Part shown: positions 9,482-18,946 of the stretch, in pieces
Position numbering within the stretch: position 1 is the first letter of the stretch
How the letters are laid out: every line of letters starts with the position of its first letter
Origin: an uncultured Rhizobiaceae bacterium
GTDB taxonomy: Bacteria; Pseudomonadota; Alphaproteobacteria; Rhizobiales; Rhizobiaceae
Length of the DNA: 64,000 bases
Direction of reading: 5' to 3'
NCBI GenBank assembly: GCA_951813045.1
Contig: CATOTF010000001.1
Location: forward strand, 287,956-351,955
The notes under the pieces: generated by a model
The model's database searches: none
What the model was told of the DNA's origin: nothing
The model's input: the letters and a program-made list of their open reading frames with translations, nothing else
Program-made: the position numbers and the translations under genes

Positions 9482-10411
9482 ATGACGGTGAATGCATCCC
9501 AGTTAATTGAGAAGTGGATATCGCGACAATTACCTGATGCTGCCATGCGATGGTTCCAGCAGCAGCTGGAATCCATTAATGACGATCTACCTTCGCGCAG
9601 TTTTGATATCGCTTTCGGCATGATACCACGCAAGCTCGGTAAGGCCGATTTGCGCCTTGAGGATCAGGATTTTGCCGACGCTGCCGGTCTTGTGGCGGGC
9701 TGGGACCCTTCGCGCTGGAGTGTCGACGTCGCTGCACGCATTCTGTTGCTCATTAAAGTATCAACGGTGACCAACGTGGCGTTTGCCACGCGGTTTAAGG
9801 AAATACATCAAACAGCCGACGTCAGCGAACTGCTGGCCCTATATTATGGTCTGCCGCTCTATCACGATCCGGAAGCATTGGTGGAACAGGCGGCCCTTGG
9901 CTTGCGTACCAATATTCGCGCCGAGTTTGAGGCAATTGCCCATAACAACCCGTTTCCAGCGGCGCATTTTGAGCAAAACCCCTGGAACAACATGGTGCTG
10001 AAAGCCCTGTTCATCGGTGCGATGCTCGAACCGGTCCAGGGCCTTGACGGGCGGGCAAACCCGGAATTGGCGCGTATTCTAAGCGATTATGCCCATGAAC
10101 GCTGGGCCGCAGACAGGGCGGTGTCGCCGGAATTATGGCGCTGTATCGGGCCATTTGCGGAAGGCGATTTGCTGGATGATTTTGAGCGGGTGATCGAAAG
10201 TGGAAATGGCACGGAAAAGAAAGCGGCAGCACTTGCCCTGAAAACGGCCCCTGAATCAAAACGTAAAGATACACTTATGGCTCAATTATCGATGTTTAAC
10301 GACGATATTGAAAATGGTCAGCTAACGTGGTCTTCGATTGCCGACGAAATGTTTGAAAACGCCCTTGCGGTTACCCAAAAACTGAATACCGAAGTGGAAT
10401 TGACCCGATGA
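9482..10411 (+). CDS. eboA: EboA-like protein (assigned mainly by synteny)
   Basis: ORF 9434..10411 with the likely start at ATG 9482 (MTVNASQL). Its stop overlaps the TatD/eboB start (ATGA at 10408). It is co-located with the eboB, C, D, E and F families. Confidence 0.55.
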   Translation: MTVNASQLIEKWISRQLPDAAMRWFQQQLESINDDLPSRSFDIAFGMIPRKLGKADLRLEDQDFADAAGLVAGWDPSRWSVDVAARILLLIKVSTVTNVAFATRFKEIHQTADVSELLALYYGLPLYHDPEALVEQAALGLRTNIRAEFEAIAHNNPFPAAHFEQNPWNNMVLKALFIGAMLEPVQGLDGRANPELARILSDYAHERWAADRAVSPELWRCIGPFAEGDLLDDFERVIESGNGTEKKAAALALKTAPESKRKDTLMAQLSMFNDDIENGQLTWSSIADEMFENALAVTQKLNTEVELTR

Positions 10412-11334
10412 TGCTCATCGATTCTCACGCGCATATGATTTCGCGCACAACAGATGATTATGAAGCTATGGCCGCCGCCGGCGTAGTCGCGGTTATTGAA
10501 CCGGCGTTCTGGATCGGCCAGCCACGTACACAAGTGGGCACCTATATTGATTATCTTTCTGCCATCGTCGGGTTCGAGCGCTTTCGTGCGGGGCAGTTCG
10601 GCATCCGCCATTATTGCACCATCGGGTTGAACTCCAAGGAAGCAAACAATGAGGAACTGGCGGAAGGGGTGATGGAAATCCTGCCAAGGTTTGCGTTGAA
10701 AGAAGGCGTCGTTGCGATTGGCGAGATCGGTTACGATGACCAAACCGAACTGGAAGATAAATATTTCCGCCTTCAAATCGAGCTGGCCAAGGAACTTGAA
10801 CTGCCGGTGATGATACACACGCCCCATCGGGACAAAAAACGGGGCACAACCCGCTCGATGGATGTTTGCGAAGAACACGGTATTGATCCGTCCATGGTGA
10901 TTGTTGACCACAATAATGAAGAGACAGTGCAGGAAGTTCTGGATCGGGGGTATTGGGCGGCATTTTCGATCTACCCCAGTACAAAAATGGGGTCGGCGCG
11001 TATGGTGGAACTGCTCAAGACCTATGGGCCGGAACGCATCATTGTGGATTCAGCCTGCGATTGGGGAATTTCCGAACCACTGGGTGTCGCGAAAACCGCA
11101 CTGCTGGCGGCCCAAGAAGGGATTGATAAAGAAGCTATTCGCCTGATCTGCTATCAAAATGCCCTCGATGCTTATGGTCAAAGCGGGCAGATGAAGGAAG
11201 AAGATTGGCTCAACCCCGACCCGATTGACCAACGCACCGTTTATGAAGGTAATTCGATTTTGCGTGGTCAAAGGGAGCCTGTCGTTGAAGACCCGAAGGA
11301 TAAAAAGAACCTGTCAAACCTGATCATCGAATGA
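10408..11334 (+). CDS. eboB: TatD-family metal-dependent hydrolase, EboB
   Basis: 308-aa ORF with TatD motifs DSHAH, GEIGYD, HTPH and DSACDWG. Confidence 0.85.
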   Translation: MMLIDSHAHMISRTTDDYEAMAAAGVVAVIEPAFWIGQPRTQVGTYIDYLSAIVGFERFRAGQFGIRHYCTIGLNSKEANNEELAEGVMEILPRFALKEGVVAIGEIGYDDQTELEDKYFRLQIELAKELELPVMIHTPHRDKKRGTTRSMDVCEEHGIDPSMVIVDHNNEETVQEVLDRGYWAAFSIYPSTKMGSARMVELLKTYGPERIIVDSACDWGISEPLGVAKTALLAAQEGIDKEAIRLICYQNALDAYGQSGQMKEEDWLNPDPIDQRTVYEGNSILRGQREPVVEDPKDKKNLSNLIIE

Positions 11335-11356
11335 CCGCGAAACGAAAGTCGGTTCC

Positions 11357-11998
11357 TTGAGCGCTTCGGTCAAATTCGGCCTGATATTGCTGTGCGTGGC
11401 TTTATTCGTCGCCGCGCCTTTTTTCTTTTTCGGTGATCAAATCGAGGAATTATTTGTTGGCGAAGGCGCCCTTCAACGGTTGCGCGGTTATGGTGGCTTC
11501 GCCTGGGTGGTGGCCATCGGTTTGTTGATTTCTGACCTTGCTTTGCCAGTTCCCACCACGTCGGTCATGGCGGCGCTTGGCATGATTTACGGCCCGCTGT
11601 TGGGCGGAATAATCGCCGCACTGGGATCGGTGGTCTCCGGATTGGTGGGGTATATTTTATGCCGAATTGTTGGTCGACCGGTTGCCGTCTATCTCAATGG
11701 CACCGCGGGACTGGCAAAGGGTGAAGCGCTTTTTGGCCGCGCAGGTGGGTGGGTCGTGGCCCTCTCGCGCTGGTTGCCCATTATTTCGGAAGTCGTGGCG
11801 TGCGCTGCCGGGCTCTCGAAAATGCGGTTTGCCGTATTTTTTGCCGCTTTGGTCTGCGGTTCAATTCCACTTGGATTTGCCTACGCAAGCCTAGGGTATC
11901 TTGGTGAAGATAGCCCGGTTCTGACCCTTCTGGTCACCGCGATCATGCCCTTTATCTTATGGCTTTTGGTTCGCCCGCTACTCCAACGGCTTAAATAA
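11357..11998 (+). CDS. TVP38/TMEM64 (DedA-related) family membrane protein
   Basis: 213-aa multi-TM ORF with an apparent TTG start. The core LPVPTTSVMAALGMIYGPLLGG...GYILCRIVGRP is typical of the SNARE-associated/TVP38 family. Confidence 0.65.
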   Translation: MSASVKFGLILLCVALFVAAPFFFFGDQIEELFVGEGALQRLRGYGGFAWVVAIGLLISDLALPVPTTSVMAALGMIYGPLLGGIIAALGSVVSGLVGYILCRIVGRPVAVYLNGTAGLAKGEALFGRAGGWVVALSRWLPIISEVVACAAGLSKMRFAVFFAALVCGSIPLGFAYASLGYLGEDSPVLTLLVTAIMPFILWLLVRPLLQRLK

Positions 11999-12116
11999 CC
12001 AATCGAGCTGTCGGCAAACGTTATTGTGAAATTAACCAAATTGGCTTGCCAAGTTTCCTGTTTGCGGCAAGACTTGTCGCAGGTTTGTTGCTCGCGGATG
12101 GGAGGCCGTTTAACAG

Positions 12117-12818
12117 ATGCCGCATGCGGGAACGGTAATTCGTGAATCAATTTCAGTTCAGCTTTATAATGATCTACTGACCGGTATTCAGGTTGGCGAT
12201 TATCCGCCGTTGAGCCCCTTGCCAACCGAGGCATCGCTTGCACATGATTACGGTGTTTCCCGCTCAGTAGTCCGTTCTGCCCTTTCCGTTCTCAAAGAAG
12301 ATGGAATCGTTGTTTCACGCCAGGGTTCAGGCACAATTGTGGCACCGGGTAAAAAGGTTCCGCAGAACAACCGGGCGCTTGAGATCGACCCGGCGGAGTT
12401 GAGGGACTGTTACAAATGCCGGGAATCCATGGAGCCGGATATTGCGGCCTATGCAGCGGCCCATAGAACCGGCAAGCACCTTCGTTATCTCGAACTTCAA
12501 TTGAAGATCATCGCGGATGAACTTGCCAGCGGTATTACCCACACGGGCAATGATGCGGACTTTCGTGTTCGACTGGCGGAAATGTCTGAAAATAGGTTTT
12601 TCGAAACGATTATCAATTCACTTCGACCACATATTTTGATCGGTATGAACTTTGCAAAGTCCCTGTCTCCCATGGACCGCAAGATTCATCAACACGAGTC
12701 ACTTCTGGAGCACCGGGCGATTGCCCAAGCGGTGATTGATCAAGATTGTGAGGGGGCGCGTCGGGCTATGAGTGAACACCTAACGCGCGGTCAACGCCGG
12801 ATATTTGTTGATCAGTAA
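12117..12818 (+). CDS. GntR/FadR-family transcriptional regulator
   Basis: 233-aa ORF with an N-terminal wHTH (LPTEASLAHDYGVSRSVVRSALSVLKEDGIVVSRQGSGTIV) and an all-helical FCD-like C-terminus. Confidence 0.85.
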   Translation: MPHAGTVIRESISVQLYNDLLTGIQVGDYPPLSPLPTEASLAHDYGVSRSVVRSALSVLKEDGIVVSRQGSGTIVAPGKKVPQNNRALEIDPAELRDCYKCRESMEPDIAAYAAAHRTGKHLRYLELQLKIIADELASGITHTGNDADFRVRLAEMSENRFFETIINSLRPHILIGMNFAKSLSPMDRKIHQHESLLEHRAIAQAVIDQDCEGARRAMSEHLTRGQRRIFVDQ

Positions 12819-12933
12819 TGGAGACCTTTAACAAGTTTCCATTCCCGCCGGACGTTTTTGGAACTCACGGTGAACAATAGGAATATGCCACTATCCAAAT
12901 GCTTGATATCGCCCAGTTTCAGGCGATTTTCAA

Positions 12934-12953
12934 ATTTGTTTTAAAAAACAAAT
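12934..12953. promoter_or_regulatory. Near-perfect palindrome ATTTGTTTT-AA-AAAACAAAT, candidate GntR-type operator
   Basis: Read directly from the sequence. It has 9-bp arms and a 2-nt spacer and contains the GT...AC core typical of GntR-family operators. It lies 70 nt upstream of the PQQ-dehydrogenase start and downstream of the GntR gene. Confidence 0.3.
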
Positions 12954-13025
12954 AGGAGAGTCATAAGGCCTGCGTTAGCCTTTCGTGGTATAGCTATTTC
13001 TACAACTTTTGGGAGGAATTACCGA

Positions 13026-14336
13026 ATGAGTATATCAAAACCCTTACTTGGGCTCGCGCTGACGACAGGTATCGCGGCTTCTGGAATTACGGCTGCAAAC
13101 GCAGAAATGAATATCAAGCTGGAACCGTATGTAACAGCTGTGAATGCACCGCTTGCGATGGTTCAACCGGCTGGTGATGATAGAAAATTTGTCATCGAAC
13201 AGCACGGTCGCATTAAAATTATCGACAAAGATGGCAAACTGTTACCAACGCCGTTTCTTGATATCCGCAACAAGATTGTCCCTCTGTTTCACGATTTCGA
13301 CGAACGCGGTCTTCTTGGCCTGACTTTCCATCCGGACTTTGCAAACAACGGCAAATTTTATGTGGCTTATTCAACTCAGTTAAACGTTCAGGGTGATCTT
13401 GGAAAAATGTTCTGGTGGGATCACAACAACACCGTTGCAGAATATACGGTTTCAGCCGACGATCCAAATGTCGCCAATATCAGTTCCGGACGTATTATCA
13501 CCGAAATGGACTGGCCACAGTTTAACCATAACGGCCACTGGATCGACTTTGGTAAAGACGGCATGTTGTACATCTCCTCAGGCGATGGCGGTTATGCCAA
13601 CGACTGGGGTATTGGTCACAATGTGACAGAGGGTAATGGACAAGATATGTCGGTTCTCCTGGGCAAAATTCTGCGGATTGATGTCAATAAATCAGAAGGT
13701 GGCAAAAACTACGGAATTCCTGCTGACAACCCATTTGTCGGCAATTCAGATGCTCGTGGCGAAATCTTTGCCTACGGCCTGCGCAACCCCTGGCGCTGTT
13801 CTTTTGATATGAAGGGCGCCAACGAGTTGTTTTGTGCTGATGTGCAGCAAAACAGTTTTGAGGAAGTCGACATTATCGCTAAAGGCGACAATCTTGGCTG
13901 GCGCAAAACCGAAGGTGGCCGGTGCTTTGATTACCAAAAGCCTGATAATCATCCAGCAACCTGCGACAAAACCGGTATCGTTGATCCCATCATAACTTAT
14001 AAAAACTGCTCGGCTCAGCCGAATGGTTGTGCAGGTATTTCAATTACCGGTGGGTATGTTTATCGCGGCGCACACGCTGCCTGGGATGGCAAGTATATCT
14101 TCGGTGATTGGAGCAAGAGCTTCGGCGCCATGGACGGTCAGATATTCTTTGGTAGCAAAGGCGCCGATGGCGATTGGGAAATGGAAGTGGCGAAGGTCAC
14201 CAACATGGACGGTAATATTCCCTACATTCTGGCGTTTGCCCAGGATTCAGCCGGTGAAGTCTATGCTTTGACGTCTATAACAACGGGACCAAATGGTACG
14301 TTGGACACGATCTATAAGGTTGTACCCGCCAACTAG
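13026..14336 (+). CDS. PQQ-dependent sugar (glucose/sorbosone) dehydrogenase, periplasmic
   Basis: 436-aa ORF with a signal peptide (LALTTGIAASGITAANA). Beta-propeller motifs GLLGLTFHPDF, HNGHWIDFGKDGMLYISSGDGG and YGLRNPWRCSFD are present. Confidence 0.8.
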   Translation: MSISKPLLGLALTTGIAASGITAANAEMNIKLEPYVTAVNAPLAMVQPAGDDRKFVIEQHGRIKIIDKDGKLLPTPFLDIRNKIVPLFHDFDERGLLGLTFHPDFANNGKFYVAYSTQLNVQGDLGKMFWWDHNNTVAEYTVSADDPNVANISSGRIITEMDWPQFNHNGHWIDFGKDGMLYISSGDGGYANDWGIGHNVTEGNGQDMSVLLGKILRIDVNKSEGGKNYGIPADNPFVGNSDARGEIFAYGLRNPWRCSFDMKGANELFCADVQQNSFEEVDIIAKGDNLGWRKTEGGRCFDYQKPDNHPATCDKTGIVDPIITYKNCSAQPNGCAGISITGGYVYRGAHAAWDGKYIFGDWSKSFGAMDGQIFFGSKGADGDWEMEVAKVTNMDGNIPYILAFAQDSAGEVYALTSITTGPNGTLDTIYKVVPAN

Positions 14337-14496
14337 AACCCAACAGGAATGGTGCCGCTTGCCACGCTTGCGGCACCATTTTCGATTACCGAAAAATTTG
14401 GAAGAACCTGCAGGTTGTGCCAGATTAGGTCATCAAATGGTCATGACCTTGTTCCGAAATCACGATGTAATTTTATCGAATGTGAGCACAGAACTA

Positions 14497-15210
14497 ATGA
14501 AGTTTATCAATGCCAGCGCCCTGATTTCCATGTCGCTACTGGGTGTTCTTTATCCGGTTCAGTCATCAGCGCAGGACACTTATCTTGGAGAAAAGCTATT
14601 CAAGAAATGCAAGGCATGTCACGCGGTTGGCGAAGGGGCGAAACATCGCATTGGCCCGCAACTCAACGGTTTGGGCGGGCGTAAAGCCGGCACAGTTGAA
14701 GGTTTCGACTATTCTGACGGCATGAAGGCAGCTGGTGAAAACGGGTTGGTCTGGGACAAGAAGACCCTGGACAAGTTTCTGATCGAACCTGATGCGATGA
14801 TCGAAGACACTGCAATGGCTTTCTCCGGTCTGGAGAAAGCTGAGAACCGGACAGATTTGATCGCTTATCTGCTGACCCTTGCCCCCCCGGCCGCCAAAAA
14901 TAGTGGTGAAGTCGCTGCAAAAAAGGCCGTTGTTTCCGCGCCACCGGAATTTACGGAAGCTTATTTATCGGACCCGGCACATGTGGCGACGGGTAAAGAA
15001 CTATGGTTTGGGCAATGCACCCATTGCCACGGGTTCAAAGCTTATCCGGGAAAAGCCCCCAAATTGAAGCCGGAGAACTATACGCCCGACTTCGTCTATA
15101 AACGGGTCGCCAAAGGTTTCAAGAAAATGCCGGCATGGGAGGACGTATTCAGTCAAGACGAGATGAAAGCAATTGTTGCTTATGTGCAAAGCAATAGTTT
15201 TTCTCCGTAG
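14497..15210 (+). CDS. Dihaem c-type cytochrome, periplasmic
   Basis: The track ORF 14293..15210 is over-extended. The plausible start is ATG 14497 (MKFINASALISMSLLGVLYPVQSSA, a signal peptide). It has two CxxCH motifs (CKACH, CTHCH). Confidence 0.8.
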   Translation: MKFINASALISMSLLGVLYPVQSSAQDTYLGEKLFKKCKACHAVGEGAKHRIGPQLNGLGGRKAGTVEGFDYSDGMKAAGENGLVWDKKTLDKFLIEPDAMIEDTAMAFSGLEKAENRTDLIAYLLTLAPPAAKNSGEVAAKKAVVSAPPEFTEAYLSDPAHVATGKELWFGQCTHCHGFKAYPGKAPKLKPENYTPDFVYKRVAKGFKKMPAWEDVFSQDEMKAIVAYVQSNSFSP

Positions 15211-15222
15211 GAGGATTACAGT

Positions 15223-15582
15223 ATGAGAATTTTAAATGCTGTTCTTTGCCTCATGATGATCCTGTTCATTGTTGTGCAGTTCAATGATCCTGATGGCCCG
15301 TTCTGGGCGGTGATATACGTGGTGCCTGCCTTGTGGGCAGGACTGATCGCCATTAAATCAGCGCATATTGTGGGCCGAATTGCATTTTCGATTTTGAGTG
15401 CGTGTGTCGTCGGTGGCTTGGTAATGACCGTCTTTTACTGGCCCAGAACACCGGGCTTTTGGAAACAGGAAGTCTGGTGGGAAACGGAAACGGCCCGTGA
15501 GGGAATGGGCATTATGATTGCGACAATGGTATTGTTGGTAGCGATGTTTACCGTTTGGCGTGCCCGTCAACAATCGATTTGA
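15223..15582 (+). CDS. Small 4-TM membrane protein (possibly TMEM220-like)
   Basis: 119-aa hydrophobic ORF with an NDPDGPFW motif. An RBS-like GGAGGA lies 8 nt upstream. The family assignment is from memory only. Confidence 0.45.
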   Translation: MRILNAVLCLMMILFIVVQFNDPDGPFWAVIYVVPALWAGLIAIKSAHIVGRIAFSILSACVVGGLVMTVFYWPRTPGFWKQEVWWETETAREGMGIMIATMVLLVAMFTVWRARQQSI

Positions 15583-15638
15583 ATAACCTCGACAGGGAAG
15601 ATCGTTGCGAAGGTACGAGTGATAGAGTTGGAACGACA

Positions 15639-16835
15639 ATGATGAGTAAGAACATTGATACCCCGGTGTGGTCTGAAACACTGTTGCAACGCTTTGAAGT
15701 GCCGTTCGAGTTTCCGGTATGTTTTACGGAAAATCTCTTCGCCCTCCAAAACCGGACGCTGGTGGATGTTCTTTGTCGCTTGGAAAGTTCCAAACGCCAC
15801 AAGGTTCTGTTTCTTGTTGACGATGGAGTCGCCGCTGCCCGTTCAGACCTGATTACGCAAATAAAGAACTATTGCGAACATCACGGTGAGAGCATCGAAT
15901 TAATTGCTGAACCTATTCCTGTACCCGGCGGTGAGAAGATTAAGGCCGAGCTGCAATATGTCGAGCAGATGCAAAAAGCGCTCTACGATTATCACGTTGA
16001 TCGTCATTCCTACGTGATCGCCATTGGCGGCGGTGCTGTGCTGGATGCTGTTGGACTTGTCGCTGCTACCGCCCATCGTGGGGTACGCCATATTCGAATC
16101 CCGACTACGGTACTTTCGCAAAACGATTCCGGCGTTGGTGTAAAGAACGGGGCAAATCTCTTTGGTACGAAAAATTATGTCGGCACATTTGCGCCACCTT
16201 TTGCCGTATTGAACGACCTTGATTTCGTTATGGGGCTTGGTGATCGCGACAAGATTGCCGGCATGGCGGAAGCCGTAAAAGTCGCGCTGATCCGCGATGG
16301 TGAATTTTTCAAATGGCTGGAAAAGCACGCCGACGACCTTGCGACGTTCAAAAAGCCACCAATGGCGTACATGATCCAAAGATGCGCCGAACTGCACATG
16401 AAGCAAATCGGTCAGGGGGGCGACCCTTTTGAGACCGGCAGCGCACGCCCTCTTGATTACGGCCATTGGTCCGCTCACAAGCTGGAGAGCCTCACCCGTT
16501 ACCATGTCCGTCACGGCGAAGCGGTGGCCATCGGCATTGCACTTGATGCCCGCTATTCGGTGCTTAGTGGCCTACTGGAACCGGGAGAAGAAGACCGTAT
16601 CTGTTTTCTGCTGGAACACCTGGGTTTCAAACTCTGGCATTCCGCCCTTGAGATGCGGGCGGTTGACGGTGAACTGGAACTGATGAAAGGTTTACGGGAC
16701 TTCCGCGAACACCTTGGCGGGGAACTGACGATTACCCTATTGTCAGGCATTGGCGTGGGTATTGAAGTGCACGAAATTGACGATGGTAACGTGATGGAAT
16801 CCATCAATTGGCTGAAAAGCCGACAGGAGTATTGA
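15639..16835 (+). CDS. eboD: 3-dehydroquinate-synthase-like sugar phosphate cyclase, EboD
   Basis: The track ORF starts at 15555, overlapping the previous gene. The likely start is ATG 15639 (MMSKNIDTP). DHQS-family motifs GGGAVLDAVG and RIPTTVLSQNDSGVGVKNG are present. Confidence 0.85.
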   Translation: MMSKNIDTPVWSETLLQRFEVPFEFPVCFTENLFALQNRTLVDVLCRLESSKRHKVLFLVDDGVAAARSDLITQIKNYCEHHGESIELIAEPIPVPGGEKIKAELQYVEQMQKALYDYHVDRHSYVIAIGGGAVLDAVGLVAATAHRGVRHIRIPTTVLSQNDSGVGVKNGANLFGTKNYVGTFAPPFAVLNDLDFVMGLGDRDKIAGMAEAVKVALIRDGEFFKWLEKHADDLATFKKPPMAYMIQRCAELHMKQIGQGGDPFETGSARPLDYGHWSAHKLESLTRYHVRHGEAVAIGIALDARYSVLSGLLEPGEEDRICFLLEHLGFKLWHSALEMRAVDGELELMKGLRDFREHLGGELTITLLSGIGVGIEVHEIDDGNVMESINWLKSRQEY

Positions 16836-18043
16836 TGGAACTTTCAGGTGGCCGCAATCTGGGGCAATTAACATATTGCACCAATATCCATGCCGGTGAG
16901 ACCTGGGCCGATATCATGGAAGGTATGCGTCGCCATTTACCGGATATAAAACGCGATGTCAGTCCCGATGCACCCCTTGGTGTTGGGCTTCGCCTGTCGG
17001 CCGCCGCCGCAGAAACCCTTCGCGATGGGGCGATATTCGCTGACTTTGAGAAATTTCTCAAAGACGGGGATTATTACATCTTCACGCTGAACGGGTTTCC
17101 CTACGGCAATTTTCACGGTTCACGTGTCAAGGAAGGGGCGTATAAACCCGATTGGACCCAGCAATCGCGGTTGGATTATACAAATACAATGGCAGATCAT
17201 CTCGCAAGATGGTTACCCGTTGGAATGGAGGGGTCAGTCAGCACCGTGCCCGGTACGTTCAAGCCATGGGCTCAAGGGGACGATGGTGATGAAGTTGTTG
17301 CTAAAATCACCGAAAATCTAATCCGCCATGTAGCCCATTTGGTGAAACTGCGGGAAGAAACGGGAAAACTGATCAACCTGGCGCTGGAACCGGAACCGTT
17401 TTGCCTGATCGAAACGATTGAGGAAACGGTACACCTTTTTGAGGACCATCTTTACAGTGCCGCCGCCGCCGCAAGATTGTCCGAACTCACCGGTCTTCCG
17501 GAAACTGCGGCGTCTGCTGCGCTGCGTGAACACCTTGGTGTCTGTTACGATGTATGCCATGCGGCGGTGGAGTTTGAAGACCCGCAATCCAGTCTGGACG
17601 CCTTGCGGAACGCCGGCATCAAAATTTCAAAACTGCAACTCAGTTCTGCCGTGCGTATTCCAAGTGTGGACGGGAATACTGCAAATTTGCTCAAGCCATT
17701 GGATGAGCCGGTTTATATGCATCAGGTGATCGAGAGCCGAAATGGCGACCTCACCCGCCATGCGGATGTGCCAATTGCGATTAAAACTATTGATCAGGCC
17801 CATGGCGCGGAGTGGCGCATCCATTTCCATGTCCCCATTTTTTTGGAAGAGATGGAACATCTGGCCACCACTCAGCAATTTTTGAAAGACGTGTTGGCCA
17901 TTCACGCCAAAAACCCGGTTACCAGGCAATTGGAAGTTGAAACTTATACCTGGGACGTTTTGCCTGAAAACCAGCGAGCGGATGGTCTCAGTGCGGCGAT
18001 TGCAAGAGAGCTAAACTGGGTGCGAAGCGAACTGGCTGTATGA
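16835..18043 (+). CDS. eboE: Xylose-isomerase-like TIM-barrel protein, EboE
   Basis: ATG 16835 overlaps the eboD stop (TGATG), with AGGAG 6 nt upstream. The product starts MELSGGRNLGQLTYCTNIHAGETW. The protein is about 400 aa and sits between eboD and eboC. Confidence 0.75.
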   Translation: MELSGGRNLGQLTYCTNIHAGETWADIMEGMRRHLPDIKRDVSPDAPLGVGLRLSAAAAETLRDGAIFADFEKFLKDGDYYIFTLNGFPYGNFHGSRVKEGAYKPDWTQQSRLDYTNTMADHLARWLPVGMEGSVSTVPGTFKPWAQGDDGDEVVAKITENLIRHVAHLVKLREETGKLINLALEPEPFCLIETIEETVHLFEDHLYSAAAAARLSELTGLPETAASAALREHLGVCYDVCHAAVEFEDPQSSLDALRNAGIKISKLQLSSAVRIPSVDGNTANLLKPLDEPVYMHQVIESRNGDLTRHADVPIAIKTIDQAHGAEWRIHFHVPIFLEEMEHLATTQQFLKDVLAIHAKNPVTRQLEVETYTWDVLPENQRADGLSAAIARELNWVRSELAV

Positions 18044-18921
18044 ACGGAATGACATTCAACACTGCGTTGAAACTCGGTCGTGTCTCAAACCTGCCGACGG
18101 TCTGGACAAATTGTCTGGCAGGTATCGCGCTTACGGGCGGCGTGATTGTCGATATTCGAACCCCATTTATCATCTTCGCCTTGTCGCTGTTTTACATCGG
18201 CGGCATGTTTCTAAACGACGCCTGTGACGCGGAAATTGATGCAATCGAACGCCCGGAACGACCCATCCCCGCAGGACTGGTCACCGCGAAAACGGTATTT
18301 AACTGGGCGGCGGGCATGATGGGCGCTTCCGTGTTGCTGCTGTTTCTGATCGGCATATTGCCCGAAAATGGAACCGGTATCTGGCCCGCCATTTGCGGCG
18401 TTGTACTCGCAGGGTTGATCGTTCTCTATAACCGCCACCATAAAAATAATCCGCTCAGCCCGCTTATCATGGGCCTTTGCCGGGTGCTGGTTTATCTGAC
18501 GGCGGGCGTGTGTTTTGCAGCCGCACTTGGCGTTCCCTTGTTGATCGGGGCGTTACTGCTGGTGAGTTATCTCATCGGCCTTACTTACGTTGCCAAACAG
18601 GAAAATTTCGGCAACGTGGAAAACCTGTGGCCACTGGCGTTTATCGCCGCCCCGGTTCTCTATGGGTTCTACCTCGTATCGCACGAAACGTCGGTCTTGC
18701 CCTTCTGGCTCATATTTATTGTTTGGGTGGGCATAGCCCTCAACTTCATTCGCCGTCGGGGGCCGGGGGATATTCCCCGTGCCGTTGTCAGTCTCATTGC
18801 GGGCATATCATTACTGGATGCGATTATGATCGCGAGCACCGGGAACATAATGTGGGCGGTTTTAGCAGTTGGATTATTTGCACTCACCCTGTTTCTTCAA
18901 AAGTTCATTTCGGGAACGTAA
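18040..18921 (+). CDS. eboC: UbiA-family prenyltransferase, EboC
   Basis: 293-aa polytopic ORF with an Asp-rich motif NDACDAEIDAIERPERPIP typical of UbiA prenyltransferases. It has an ATGA overlap with eboE. Confidence 0.85.
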   Translation: MNGMTFNTALKLGRVSNLPTVWTNCLAGIALTGGVIVDIRTPFIIFALSLFYIGGMFLNDACDAEIDAIERPERPIPAGLVTAKTVFNWAAGMMGASVLLLFLIGILPENGTGIWPAICGVVLAGLIVLYNRHHKNNPLSPLIMGLCRVLVYLTAGVCFAAALGVPLLIGALLLVSYLIGLTYVAKQENFGNVENLWPLAFIAAPVLYGFYLVSHETSVLPFWLIFIVWVGIALNFIRRRGPGDIPRAVVSLIAGISLLDAIMIASTGNIMWAVLAVGLFALTLFLQKFISGT

Positions 18922-18946
18922 AGTCAACACGGTTTACGAGCCTTGC

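Noticed and set aside
14293-14496. Upstream extensions of the cytochrome c ORF (from 14293), of eboD (from 15555), of eboF (to 20461) and of the small membrane protein (from 57538).
   Set aside because: The extensions overlap neighbouring genes or encode non-protein-like sequence. Internal ATGs give proper signal peptides or family-typical N-termini.
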